NCBI GenBank assembly: GCA_016191085.1 | Contig: JACPPJ010000031.1 | Span: 261 to 64,260, forward strand | DNA from: Acidobacteriota bacterium | GTDB taxonomy: Bacteria; Acidobacteriota; Terriglobia; 2-12-FULL-54-10 | Length of the DNA stretch: 64,000 nucleotides | Direction: 5' to 3' | In this document: one piece after another, positions 46,204-55,542 of the stretch | How the letters are laid out: the number at the start of each line of letters is the position of its first letter | Numbering within the stretch: the first letter of the stretch is position 1 | Program-made: the position numbers and the translations under genes | The notes under the pieces: model-generated | The model's database searches: none | Told to the model about the DNA's origin: nothing | Seen by the model: only the letters and a program-made list of their open reading frames with translations

Positions 46204-47034
46204 CTAGTCTCCTCCAAACAGCGATCTTATACGATTCATCCATTCTGTCCAGCGGGAAGAAGGCTTGAGCCGGCCGACCACTGCCGTAACATTATCTTCT
46301 CCTCCGTTGTCGTTCGCAATTTCCACCAACCGCTCACAGGCGTGTTGCGCCGTGTTAGCCTCCGCCAACACCTGTGCGATGCCTGCATCGGAAACCATGC
46401 GGGTCAGGCCGTCGGAACACAACAAAACCTGGTCACCGCTCTGCACCCACAATTCGTCCACGTCAACCTGAACAGTGGGCTCGGCGCCCAGTGCGCGCAG
46501 AATGACGTTAGACATTTCCGAGTGCTCCGCCTCCTCAACGGTCATCAATCCCTTGCGCACCTGCTCCATCACCAGCGAATGATCACGGGTGAGCTGCCGC
46601 AGTGGTCCGTCACGGAGCAGATAAATGCGGCTGTCGCCGACATGCGCGATGCTAAGAACGTTTCCGGTGAGCTGCGCAGCTACCACAGTAGAACCCATGC
46701 CGCTGGTTCCGGGACGGCTCTGCGCAGCTTCACGAATGGCTTGGTTTGAAAGACGGATACCGCTGGCCAGCCGGTTCGTCGCGGCGGAGAATTCCTTTTT
46801 GTATTCGCCAACATACTCCAACTTCGGATTCTTCGTCGCGTGCCGGCAATGTTCGCTAATCACGTCCACGGCAAGCTTGCTGGCCACTTCCCCGGCCGCT
46901 TGCCCGCCCATGCCGTCACAGAGTACGAACAACTTCAGTTCAGGATCGACGGCGAAGCAGTCTTCGTTGTTGTGGCGCACCATCCCTACGTCGGATCTTG
47001 CGCCAACCTCGACGCGCAAACCAGCCTTCGCCAT
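46204..47034 (-). CDS. PP2C-family Ser/Thr protein phosphatase
   Basis: RHNNEDCF…DGMGGQAAGEVAS…GSTVV…HVGDSRIYL…CSDGL…GGEDNVTAVV. Confidence 0.9.
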   Translation of the reverse strand: MAKAGLRVEVGARSDVGMVRHNNEDCFAVDPELKLFVLCDGMGGQAAGEVASKLAVDVISEHCRHATKNPKLEYVGEYKKEFSAATNRLASGIRLSNQAIREAAQSRPGTSGMGSTVVAAQLTGNVLSIAHVGDSRIYLLRDGPLRQLTRDHSLVMEQVRKGLMTVEEAEHSEMSNVILRALGAEPTVQVDVDELWVQSGDQVLLCSDGLTRMVSDAGIAQVLAEANTAQHACERLVEIANDNGGEDNVTAVVGRLKPSSRWTEWMNRIRSLFGGD

Positions 47035-47079
47035 TTACTCGGGACCGTTCCTCTCCTTGTGCGTTACCCTATGCTGTGG

Positions 47080-49713
47080 TTAGTTTGTCGCGGCGGTTCC
47101 CTTCGCGAATGCTGGGACGGCCTGGCGCAGCGCTGCAGCTAGTTCCGAGCCGCGCTGGAACCGGTTGTTCGCGTCCTTCTCCATGCCCTTCTCAATGATC
47201 TGAATCACCTCGGCGGGGATTGTCTCATTGTACAGAGTGGGAGTAGGGGCGGGTTCGTTGGCAATCTTAAACATCAGCGTGGCCACGCTCTCCGCCTCGA
47301 ACGGCTTCTGCCCAGTCAGCATTTCATACAGGAGCACCGATAGCGAGAACAGATCCGAGCGCCCGTCCACTTTCTTCCCGGCGAGCTGCTCGGGCGACAT
47401 GTAGCTCGGAGTTCCCATGACAGTACCTGTCGCCGTCTTAGACGAACTGGTAATGCGCGCGATGCCGAAGTCAGTGACCTTCACCACGCCATTTTTGAGA
47501 ATCATGATGTTGGCGGGTTTGATGTCGCGGTGCACGATTCCTTGCTGGTGAGCGTAATCGAGCGCGTCGGCCACCTTGGCCACCAGTTCCATGACGTCAG
47601 CCGCAGGAAGCAGCATATTCTTCTGACAGTGATCTTTCAGATCCCCGCCATCCAGCAGCTCCATGGCGATGTAGGCTATATCGTGCTCTTCTCCCGCATC
47701 ATAGATGGTGACAATGTTCGGATGCGACAGGCGGCCGGCAGATTCCGCTTCGCGGAAGAATCGCTCCCGCACCGCTTTTCTCTCGTCCGGTTCGAGCGCG
47801 TCTTCATCCAGGCGTAGGGTTTTGATGGCGACCTCGCGGTTGATCTTAGGATCTTTGCCAAGGTAGACAATTCCCATCGCGCCACGGCCCAACTCTTTAA
47901 CCACTTCGTAGCGGCCGAGCGTCGCAGCCGTCGAGCTGCCTTCCATCATGATGGTGGAGTCGGCACCCCGCTTCATGCCGCCTGCTGCGCCGAAGATGAC
48001 CGTCTCGCCCGCTGTGCGCACTTTCTCCATTCGGGTTGTCAAGTCTTTGAACTTGGGATCGACCTTGGCGATGTGCTCGTACACCGCGACAGCCTTGTTG
48101 AACATGCGCTTGCGTTCGAAATCGAGTCCCAGGTTGTACAGCAGGTCCTTCATGGCATCGTCCACCGGGCATTTGCGGAACTTCTCGAACGCCAGGTCCA
48201 GCATGCCCTGCCCCTGGAAGGAAAGACCCAGCATCTTATTCGTCTCGATGCTGTCCACTTCGAGCACTTCTTTTTCCTGCTCCGTGATCAGGTAGCGTTT
48301 GGAAATGATCGCGGTGTAACCAAGCGCCAGTGTCAGGCCCGGATACAGCATTTTGATCCAGATGCCGTCCACGACAAACAGGTACGTGGCCAGTCCGACA
48401 ACGACTACAAACAGCAACACGGTTACGGCAGCGCTCTTTCCGGCCCCAAGCCGCGGCACCGCAAGAGCAATGAATGCCCCGAAAATCAGCATCAGCAAGA
48501 GTTCGAATTTGCTCGCCCAAGAGGGCCGGCGGATGAAATTCTGATCCAGGATGTTTTCAATCACGTTGGCGATCACTTCCACGCCCGGCAGACGCGGCGC
48601 GCGAGGCGTGACGTTCTGCTCGCCCAAGCCAATCAACGTGACTCCAACCAGCACGATCTTGTCCTTGAAGGCTTGCTCCTGAATCTTGTTGTTCAGCACG
48701 TCTCCGAATGAGTAATAGGTAAACGTCGGGTTGTGCTCCGCCGTCCAGCTCGGAGGACTGTAGCTCACCAGCATCTTGGATTGCGCATCAGTCGGGATGG
48801 CCACTTGACCCATTTGAATCTCCTGCCCCGGCCTCACCTTGATGTCGGATGGCCTCAGGTTCAGGTACGACGCGGCAATCTGTGTTGCGAATGACGGAAA
48901 GTATTTCCCGTTGTAGTCCACCAGCAGGACGTGGGATCGCAGCACACCGTCGGGATCGGGTTGGATATTAATATGCCCGAGCGATTGCGCCGCTTCAATA
49001 AACGGCAAAATCGGAGGCTTGATCTCGATACCTTGCAGCGCCAGGATCGAACTGCCGCTCGTCTCGACTTGCGATGCGAAGTTCTGCTGCAACTTCTCAG
49101 GCAGTTCGCCGTCAGGCCGGCCCAGCGGTGTTCCAATCGTGAAGTACACCGGCAACACTGCGTTTTGCGCTAGAGCGAGCGAGTCGGCGAGGCGCGTGTC
49201 AGAATCCAACTTTTGCGCCGATTCGTTGATCGCGCCCAAAATGTTTTCAAGCGCCTGCACGCGCTTGTCAGAGGATTGCGGCTTCGCCTCCGCTTCATCG
49301 TCTCCTGGCGGGCTCAACTTCACTTCGCGCCCGGCGAGAGTGACGCTGTTCTGGGAAACCAGGCTCTCGATGTTCTTCAGCGCGGCTAGTCCCTGGTTCT
49401 GCTCCGGATCGGGATAAAGGATGTCGAGGCCGATGACTTTGGGGCCGGCTTCTGAGATGACGTCCAGGCCCTCCGCAATGCGCGAACGTGGCCACGGATA
49501 ACGGCCTAGCTGCGCCACGCTGGACTCGTCAATTGCCACGATTGCAATCTTGTCGCCGGCGTTCTGCACATTACGCAGCCGCGCGCGCAGATCGTAGAGT
49601 TTTGCTTCGATGGTTTCCAGGGGTCCGAACTGCAGCAGGAAAAGCGCCAGCAGAATTACAGTGATGCCGCCACCCACCGCCCAGTCGGGAACCACCACAC
49701 GGGGTTTTTTCAT
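47080..49713 (-). CDS. CHASE2-sensor Ser/Thr protein kinase
   Basis: The N-terminal CHASE2-type extracytoplasmic domain (YPWPRSRIAEGLDVISEAGPKVIGLDILYPDPE) is followed by TM helices, TPR-like helices and a C-terminal Hanks kinase (GAMGIVYLG…VAIK…HRDIKPANIM…DFG). Confidence 0.9.
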   Translation of the reverse strand: MKKPRVVVPDWAVGGGITVILLALFLLQFGPLETIEAKLYDLRARLRNVQNAGDKIAIVAIDESSVAQLGRYPWPRSRIAEGLDVISEAGPKVIGLDILYPDPEQNQGLAALKNIESLVSQNSVTLAGREVKLSPPGDDEAEAKPQSSDKRVQALENILGAINESAQKLDSDTRLADSLALAQNAVLPVYFTIGTPLGRPDGELPEKLQQNFASQVETSGSSILALQGIEIKPPILPFIEAAQSLGHINIQPDPDGVLRSHVLLVDYNGKYFPSFATQIAASYLNLRPSDIKVRPGQEIQMGQVAIPTDAQSKMLVSYSPPSWTAEHNPTFTYYSFGDVLNNKIQEQAFKDKIVLVGVTLIGLGEQNVTPRAPRLPGVEVIANVIENILDQNFIRRPSWASKFELLLMLIFGAFIALAVPRLGAGKSAAVTVLLFVVVVGLATYLFVVDGIWIKMLYPGLTLALGYTAIISKRYLITEQEKEVLEVDSIETNKMLGLSFQGQGMLDLAFEKFRKCPVDDAMKDLLYNLGLDFERKRMFNKAVAVYEHIAKVDPKFKDLTTRMEKVRTAGETVIFGAAGGMKRGADSTIMMEGSSTAATLGRYEVVKELGRGAMGIVYLGKDPKINREVAIKTLRLDEDALEPDERKAVRERFFREAESAGRLSHPNIVTIYDAGEEHDIAYIAMELLDGGDLKDHCQKNMLLPAADVMELVAKVADALDYAHQQGIVHRDIKPANIMILKNGVVKVTDFGIARITSSSKTATGTVMGTPSYMSPEQLAGKKVDGRSDLFSLSVLLYEMLTGQKPFEAESVATLMFKIANEPAPTPTLYNETIPAEVIQIIEKGMEKDANNRFQRGSELAAALRQAVPAFAKGTAATN

Positions 49714-50382
49714 CCTCGCCTCCTGAACCAGAGCCCTTGGGGAGAGAGCAGCGCACGTAAGGGCAGGCGCTCAGAAGATTAACTCACTGCTATCAGGCAG
49801 TCAACAGAAGTTCGTGCTGTGGATGATGTTCACGGGGAGTAACTCGTATTGTAATCGCTGATAATTTTTGCGAATTCAGTGAACTTACCTTGACTTGCTT
49901 ACAGTGCTATGTCAGCATACGGCTTCTCTGAGGGCTGTTTCGTTGCGAGGGTGCAGAGTCGCAGCGAAACGACGATCCTGAGGGGATGCTGTGCGTGCAG
50001 CGCCCGAGTTGACCAGGTGGCCCAGAAGTTCTAGTCCTCAGATGAATCATTATGCCTCGTCTGGAGCAGTCCGGAGAGGCGTCGGATCTCGGGGCTCCCG
50101 ATTCCGTTCCTGTTGCCACTGCTCCTGTTCCGCTCCGTTCCATTTGAGTTCAGTTCCCGTTGACTTCACTTCAACCACTCTTATTGAGTTGCGCTGTGTT
50201 CATGTTCAGTTCTAGTTCCAGTTGCGCCGGGGAGCCCCGATCACTGTCTAATGCGCCCCTGACCGTGTAGCCACGGTGAGCGTCTTTCTCGCCGTGGGTT
50301 TGTTCTGTTGATGCCGCAGCAAAAGCCCACGACGAAAAGACCTTCGTCGTGGCTACCCATTCGTGAACTGAAACCCACAAAG

Positions 50383-50391
50383 TGTTACAAT
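50383..50391 (+). promoter_or_regulatory. Candidate extended -10 promoter element (TGtTACAAT) for the 50439 gene
   Basis: TGTTACAAT lies 48 nt upstream of the ATG at 50439. The same 9-mer precedes rpmB. There is no good -35 element. Confidence 0.3.
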
Positions 50392-50438
50392 CCATCTCGG
50401 TGATGAATCTCTAATCATTCTGGGCGGAGCTTCGCCTT

Positions 50439-51029
50439 ATGATGCAGAACTCTTCCAAACTCTCGTTCTATCTTGCCGTCCTGCTCGCTCTGGCCGCACC
50501 GTCGGCTTCTGCACAGGAACAATCCGGTGAAGAGCAGGTTAAAGCTACACGCATAGCGCTTGGAGGCGTCTCGGGTGGTGCGAAGAGCCAAGTCATGGTG
50601 CCGGTGTTTCTCACGCCCTACCCTGCCGGGACTGCTATTGGCAGCGTCACAGTGACCATTGAGTACCCCAACAAAGGCATCACGTTTTTGAAAGCTGAAA
50701 AGAGCTTTTTGCTCGATGGTGTGAATGCCGACTTCCAGGTCCAAAACGATAAAGACGCAAAGGACCCTTCCAAATCGGTGATCCAACTCGAGGTCTCGAC
50801 AAAAGGAGAGCCCCGCAAGCCGCTGCGCGAAGGGTTGATCCTGACGCTGATCTTCCGCATCGAACCCGACGCTCCTGCCGGAAACACCGTCAATCTATCG
50901 ATCCTGAAAGCTGGCGCAGTAAACCTGGAATCGAAACCGATCGAGCCGCTCGTTTCAAAGAACGGCAGCATCGAGATCCTGGCGCCGGAGGCGGTTCCCT
51001 ACGTCAGCTGCTTCTTCTTCACTCATTGA
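50439..51029 (+). CDS. Secreted cohesin-domain-like protein
   Basis: Signal peptide (…LALAAPSASAQE). A beta-sandwich-like pattern follows (GGAKSQVMVPVFLTPYPAGTAIGSVTVTIEYPNKGITFLKAEK…), as in cohesin/Ig-like modules. The C-terminus …VPYVSCFFFTH is unusual. Confidence 0.5.
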   Translation: MMQNSSKLSFYLAVLLALAAPSASAQEQSGEEQVKATRIALGGVSGGAKSQVMVPVFLTPYPAGTAIGSVTVTIEYPNKGITFLKAEKSFLLDGVNADFQVQNDKDAKDPSKSVIQLEVSTKGEPRKPLREGLILTLIFRIEPDAPAGNTVNLSILKAGAVNLESKPIEPLVSKNGSIEILAPEAVPYVSCFFFTH

Positions 51030-51167
51030 TCAGGTTTTTGCATTCCGAACCCGGCAGGTCGCGCGACCAACATCACACCCCGTCATGCGGTCGCCTAGTG
51101 CCTCGCGCCTGCTGCAATGTTATTCTGATCTTGAACTCACGCTCTATCTCATGCAGGCAGGAATTTC

Positions 51168-52430
51168 ATGGCAGTGCCGCTCGCTGAAGAGTTGAACCCC
51201 TGGGAATCCCAAGAACACCTTTTCGATGAAGCCGCCCGGCATCTGAAGCTCGCATCGGGCTTGGTCAAAGTGCTGCGCGAGCCGAACAAGGAAATCATCC
51301 TCCACATCCCCGTCCAGATGGATAACGGCGAACTGGAACTTTTCACCGGCTACCGTGTGCAGCACAGTATCGCGCGTGGACCCTGCAAGGGAGGCCTCCG
51401 CTATCACCCCGATGTTACGCTGGACGAGGTCCGCGCTCTGGCCTCGTGGATGACCTGGAAGTGCGCCGTGGTGAACATCCCCTTCGGCGGCGCCAAGGGC
51501 GGAGTCGTCTGCGATCCCAAGAAGCTCTCGAAAGCTGAACTGGAACGTATCACCCGGCGCTATACCGCTGAACTGCTCGACTACCTTGGACCGGAGCGCG
51601 ACGTCCCCGCTCCCGACGTGAATACGGACGAGCAGACAATGGCTTGGATCATGGACACGTATTCCATGCACGTGCGCCACACCTCCACGGCTTCGGTCAC
51701 GGGCAAGCCGCTCGATCTGGGCGGCTCACGAGGCCGCCAAGAAGCCACAGGCCGAGGTTGCATGATCGTCTGCGACGAAGCGCTGAAAAAGTTCCGCATG
51801 TCCCGCGACCGCACGCGCGTCATCATCCAGGGATTCGGCAACGTCGGCTCGGAGGCGGCGCGCAGCCTGCACTCGGAAGACTATCGCGTCATTGGCATCG
51901 CGGAACTCAGCGGCGGTATCTACAACTCGCGCGGCCTGGATATCCCGGCGCTGTTTGACTACAAGGCAAGAAACGGAACCATCCTGGGATTTCCCGAAAG
52001 CGAGCCCTACGATCCCTACGAACTGCTCTGTGCCGACTGCGATATTCTTCTCCCGGCCGCCACCGAGAACCAAATCACCAGCGCGAACGCCGACCGCCTG
52101 CGGGCGAAGATCGTCTGCGAGGGCGCCAACGGCCCCACCACGTTTGCCGCCGATGAGATTCTGCAGCAGAAGGGATTGTTCGTTATCCCCGACATCCTTG
52201 CCAACGCTGGGGGAGTCACCGTCTCCTATTTTGAATGGGTGCAGGACCGGCAAGGATATTTCTGGACACTGCCGCAGGTACGAGAGCGCCTGGAGCGCGT
52301 GATGCGCGCGACGTTTTACGACGTGATGAACTATGCAGCCAAGCACGACGTGCGCCCCCGGATCGCCGCCTACATGCTCGCCATAGACCGCGTAGCCTTT
52401 GCCATCCAGTTACGCGGAATCTACGCCTAA
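51168..52430 (+). CDS. gdhA: Glutamate dehydrogenase (Glu/Leu/Phe/Val dehydrogenase family)
   Basis: 420 aa, with [15 protein letters not shown], and the GFGNVG dinucleotide fold. Confidence 0.95.
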   Translation: MAVPLAEELNPWESQEHLFDEAARHLKLASGLVKVLREPNKEIILHIPVQMDNGELELFTGYRVQHSIARGPCKGGLRYHPDVTLDEVRALASWMTWKCAVVNIPFGGAKGGVVCDPKKLSKAELERITRRYTAELLDYLGPERDVPAPDVNTDEQTMAWIMDTYSMHVRHTSTASVTGKPLDLGGSRGRQEATGRGCMIVCDEALKKFRMSRDRTRVIIQGFGNVGSEAARSLHSEDYRVIGIAELSGGIYNSRGLDIPALFDYKARNGTILGFPESEPYDPYELLCADCDILLPAATENQITSANADRLRAKIVCEGANGPTTFAADEILQQKGLFVIPDILANAGGVTVSYFEWVQDRQGYFWTLPQVRERLERVMRATFYDVMNYAAKHDVRPRIAAYMLAIDRVAFAIQLRGIYA

Positions 52431-52532
52431 GGAACCAAAGTTGTGCCACAGCCAGCAATCGTGCGCATATTTCTGCTTTGTGTGTGATGTTCAAATCGTG
52501 CATAATTAAGCGGATTCAAGTGACGACTCTTA

Positions 52533-53969
52533 ATGGATACAACCGCCCTCGTGGAGATGTCAATGTCGAATCGAACATTGTGCGTAGTTTGCACGGCATC
52601 ACTGTTCCTCATTCTAAGCTGCGCATGGCCCGGAGCCGCACAGGACCCAACTGCGCCGTCTGATCTATCCGCCGCAGCGCCGGCCGGCGAGCAAGTTCCC
52701 GCAGCGGCCGCGAGCAAGATCGACAAAGGCGACACTGCATGGATGCTGACTTCGGCAGCACTCGTGATGCTAATGACTCCAGGCTTGGCGTTGTTCTACG
52801 GCGGCATGGTACGGCGGAAGAACGTCCTCGGCACCATGATGCACAGCTTCATTATGGTGGGGCTAGTCAGCGTGATGTGGGCTCTTTACGGTTACAGCCT
52901 GGCGTTTCACCAGGGATCGTTCTGGGGCGGGTTTGACTGGAGTTTCCTTCGCGGAGTCGGCGTCGACCCCGATCCGTACGGCTATGCCGGCACCATCCCT
53001 CACCAAGTCTACATGGTCTATCAACTCATGTTCGCGATCATCACGCCGGCATTGATCACCGGCGCCTTCGCCGAACGAATGAAGTTCAGCGCCATGATGT
53101 TGTTCATGCTGCTTTGGTCCACGCTGGTTTATTGCCCTCTGGCGCACTGGGTTTGGGGAAGCGGCGGATGGCTGCGCTACGGGGATCCCAACGCCATCTT
53201 CGGCGCGCTGGATTTTGCCGGCGGCACAGTCGTGCACGCCAGCTCGGGCATTTCGGCGTTGGTTGTGGCAATCATGATCGGCAGGCGATTGGGGTATGGA
53301 AGGGAACACATCATGCCCCACAATCTCACGTTGACGCTGATCGGGACTGGCTTGCTGTGGTTCGGCTGGTTCGGATTCAACGCGGGCAGCGCCGTCGGGT
53401 CGGGAGGACTTGCCGCCAGCGCCTTCATTGCTACCCATTTCGCCGCCGCATCAGCCACGCTGTCCTGGATGTTTGCCGAGTGGATCGCGAACGGTAAACC
53501 TACCGCGCTGGGCGCAGCCTCGGGCGCAGTGGCTGGATTGGTCGCCATCACGCCGGCGTCCGGTTTCGTCACGCCTATGGCAGGAATCATCATCGGATTG
53601 ATCGCGGGAGTGATCTGCTTCTGGGCCACTTCTTCGCTGAAGCGCAAGTTCAAGTATGATGACTCGCTCGATGTCTTCGGCGTGCACGGTATCGGAGGGG
53701 CTGCCGGCGCTATCCTGACCGGTGTTTTCGCAACCACCCTTGTAAATCCAGCAGCCACGAACGGATTGCTCTATGGCAATCCCCGCCAGGTGCTGATCCA
53801 ATTGTTGGCCGTCGCGACCACCTGGGTATTCGCGGGCGTGATGTCGGTCATCATCATCAAGATCGTTGACGCCGTGGTCGGGCTCCGTGTCACGGAAGAG
53901 GAGGAGCGAACGGGCCTCGATCAGACGCAGCACGGCGAAAGCGGCTATAATTTTGAAGAGGCACTGTAG
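52533..53969 (+). CDS. amt: Ammonium transporter
   Basis: 478 aa with Amt/MEP signatures (DTAWMLTSAALVMLMTPGLALFYGG, DFAGGTVVH, LDVFGVHGIGG). Confidence 0.95.
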   Translation: MDTTALVEMSMSNRTLCVVCTASLFLILSCAWPGAAQDPTAPSDLSAAAPAGEQVPAAAASKIDKGDTAWMLTSAALVMLMTPGLALFYGGMVRRKNVLGTMMHSFIMVGLVSVMWALYGYSLAFHQGSFWGGFDWSFLRGVGVDPDPYGYAGTIPHQVYMVYQLMFAIITPALITGAFAERMKFSAMMLFMLLWSTLVYCPLAHWVWGSGGWLRYGDPNAIFGALDFAGGTVVHASSGISALVVAIMIGRRLGYGREHIMPHNLTLTLIGTGLLWFGWFGFNAGSAVGSGGLAASAFIATHFAAASATLSWMFAEWIANGKPTALGAASGAVAGLVAITPASGFVTPMAGIIIGLIAGVICFWATSSLKRKFKYDDSLDVFGVHGIGGAAGAILTGVFATTLVNPAATNGLLYGNPRQVLIQLLAVATTWVFAGVMSVIIIKIVDAVVGLRVTEEEERTGLDQTQHGESGYNFEEAL

Positions 53970-53993
53970 TGGAAAAACTGTAAATTCTAGGCT

Positions 53994-54095
53994 CTAAATC
54001 CTAAACAAATTCCAAATCCGAGAAGCCAAAGCCTAAATGGAGTCGGTTTTCGAATTTGGACTTTGAATTTGGGTCTTGTTTAGGATTTAGTTTTT
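53994..54095 (+). terminator. Long AT-rich imperfect hairpin followed by a T run (terminator-like / MITE-like) after amt
   Basis: ctaaatcctaaacaa (53994-54008) pairs perfectly with ttgtttaggatttag (54076-54090). An inner tccaaatccga/tcgaatttgga pairing is also present. TTTTT follows at 54091-54095. Confidence 0.45.
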
Positions 54096-54130
54096 AGGAC
54101 TTAGAATTCAAGTTTTTAGGCCTTAGGATT

Positions 54131-55438
54131 ATGTCGTCTGCGTCGCATTCCATGAACGGGAGCTACAATCTGCAAAGCAAGCGCGTCCTGCTGCTGTTTA
54201 CGACGACCGGCTATCAAGCTGGATCGTTTCGTCAGGCGGCCGAGAAACTCGGCGTCACAATCGTAGCAGGAAGCGATCGCTGTAAGAACCTCGATGACCC
54301 GTGGCGCGACGGCGCCATTCCGCTGAAATTTCAGAATCCCGAAGCAGCCGCTGAAAACATCGTCAAAGCTGCGCGGCAGCATCCATACGACGCGATCTTG
54401 GCCATCGGTGACAAACCGACATTGACTGCCGCCCTAGCCAGCGAAGCCCTTGGCCTGCTCGGGAGTCCCGTCTCTTCGGTGCGCGCCTGCCGCGACAAGT
54501 TCCAATTCCGCGAGCGTCTACGCGCTATCGGCCTGCCCGGGCCTGCATACATGCGGCTACCCGCGAGTTCCGATCCCGAAGAAGCTGTCGAAACGGCTGC
54601 TCACATAGGATTCCCTTGCGTATTGAAGCCGCTGTGCCTGTCGGCCAGCCGTGGCGTAATTCGCGCCGATGATGCGCAGCAGTTCACGTCAGCGTTTCGA
54701 CGCGTTCGCGATTTGCTGCAAACGCCCGATATCCGCTTGCTCAAGGACGAAGCGGCGGAATGGATTCAGATTGAGAGTTTCCTAACTGGCTGCGAAGTCG
54801 CAGTCGAAGGCCTGGTGACACGCGGCCAGTTAAAGTTGCTGGCTATATTCGACAAGCCGGACCCGCTCGACGGTCCTTACTTCGAGGAGACGATCTACGT
54901 GACGCCTTCACGGTTGCCAGTCCGCGTGCAAGCCGAGCTCACTTACGCGCTGGAGAACGCCATCCAGGCCGTGGGCCTCCAGCATGGCCCGATTCACGGC
55001 GAGGTAAGGCTGACGCCCGGCGGCCCGGTTGTGTTAGAGATAGCGGCTCGTCCGATCGGCGGGCTTTGCTCCAAGGCGCTACGTTTTGACGGAGGGCTCT
55101 CGCTGGAGGAATTACTCATTCGCCACGCGCTCGGCGCACCAGTGAATTCCATTGAGCGCGAACACGCGGCGGCGGGCGTCATGATGATCCCAGTCCCGGC
55201 CGAGGGTATTCTGGAAGCCATTCGCGGTGAGGAGGAAGCCTCACGCGTTGCCGACGTCCAGGAGATCCGCATTACTGCCAAACTGCATCAGAGGTTAGTC
55301 CCCTGGCCCGAAGGGTCGAGCTATCTCGGTTTCATTTTTGCGCGGAGCGAGAGGCCCGAAGAGGTCGAGTCGAGCTTAAGACTGGCTCACGCGAAACTGC
55401 AGTTTGCAATCTCGCCGGCATTGCCGGTTTTGAGATAA
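54131..55438 (+). CDS. ATP-grasp domain protein (carboxylate-amine ligase type)
   Basis: 435 aa with a pre-ATP-grasp domain and an ATP-grasp core (CRDKFQFRERLRAIGLPGP…IGFPCVLKPLCLSASRGVIR…IESFLTGCEVAVEG…GPIHGEVRL). Confidence 0.8.
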   Translation: MSSASHSMNGSYNLQSKRVLLLFTTTGYQAGSFRQAAEKLGVTIVAGSDRCKNLDDPWRDGAIPLKFQNPEAAAENIVKAARQHPYDAILAIGDKPTLTAALASEALGLLGSPVSSVRACRDKFQFRERLRAIGLPGPAYMRLPASSDPEEAVETAAHIGFPCVLKPLCLSASRGVIRADDAQQFTSAFRRVRDLLQTPDIRLLKDEAAEWIQIESFLTGCEVAVEGLVTRGQLKLLAIFDKPDPLDGPYFEETIYVTPSRLPVRVQAELTYALENAIQAVGLQHGPIHGEVRLTPGGPVVLEIAARPIGGLCSKALRFDGGLSLEELLIRHALGAPVNSIEREHAAAGVMMIPVPAEGILEAIRGEEEASRVADVQEIRITAKLHQRLVPWPEGSSYLGFIFARSERPEEVESSLRLAHAKLQFAISPALPVLR

Positions 55439-55542
55439 TCGTTATCGCAAATTTCGTTTGGTCACGCTCCTGCGCTGCTGGCTCATGGAGTTGATCACTT
55501 CGAACCTGCTCACGTCAGCGACATTCTGAGCTGATGAACGCC

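Noticed and set aside
51027-51110. Possible TGA read-through at the end of the cohesin-like gene (…FFFTH-TGA-SGFCIPNP…), which would create a U-x-x-x-C motif.
   Set aside because: There is no paralog or conservation evidence. The downstream frame soon ends. The only nearby structure is a short GGTCGCGCGACC palindrome, better explained as a terminator or operator. This would be pure speculation.
52440-52470. GTGCCA-N5-AGCAA between gdhA and amt, resembling a sigma-54 promoter (TGGCAC-N5-TTGC).
   Set aside because: It is the reverse complement of the motif. On the minus strand the element order is TTGCT before TGGCAC, which is the wrong order. It therefore cannot serve as a -24/-12 promoter for either strand.
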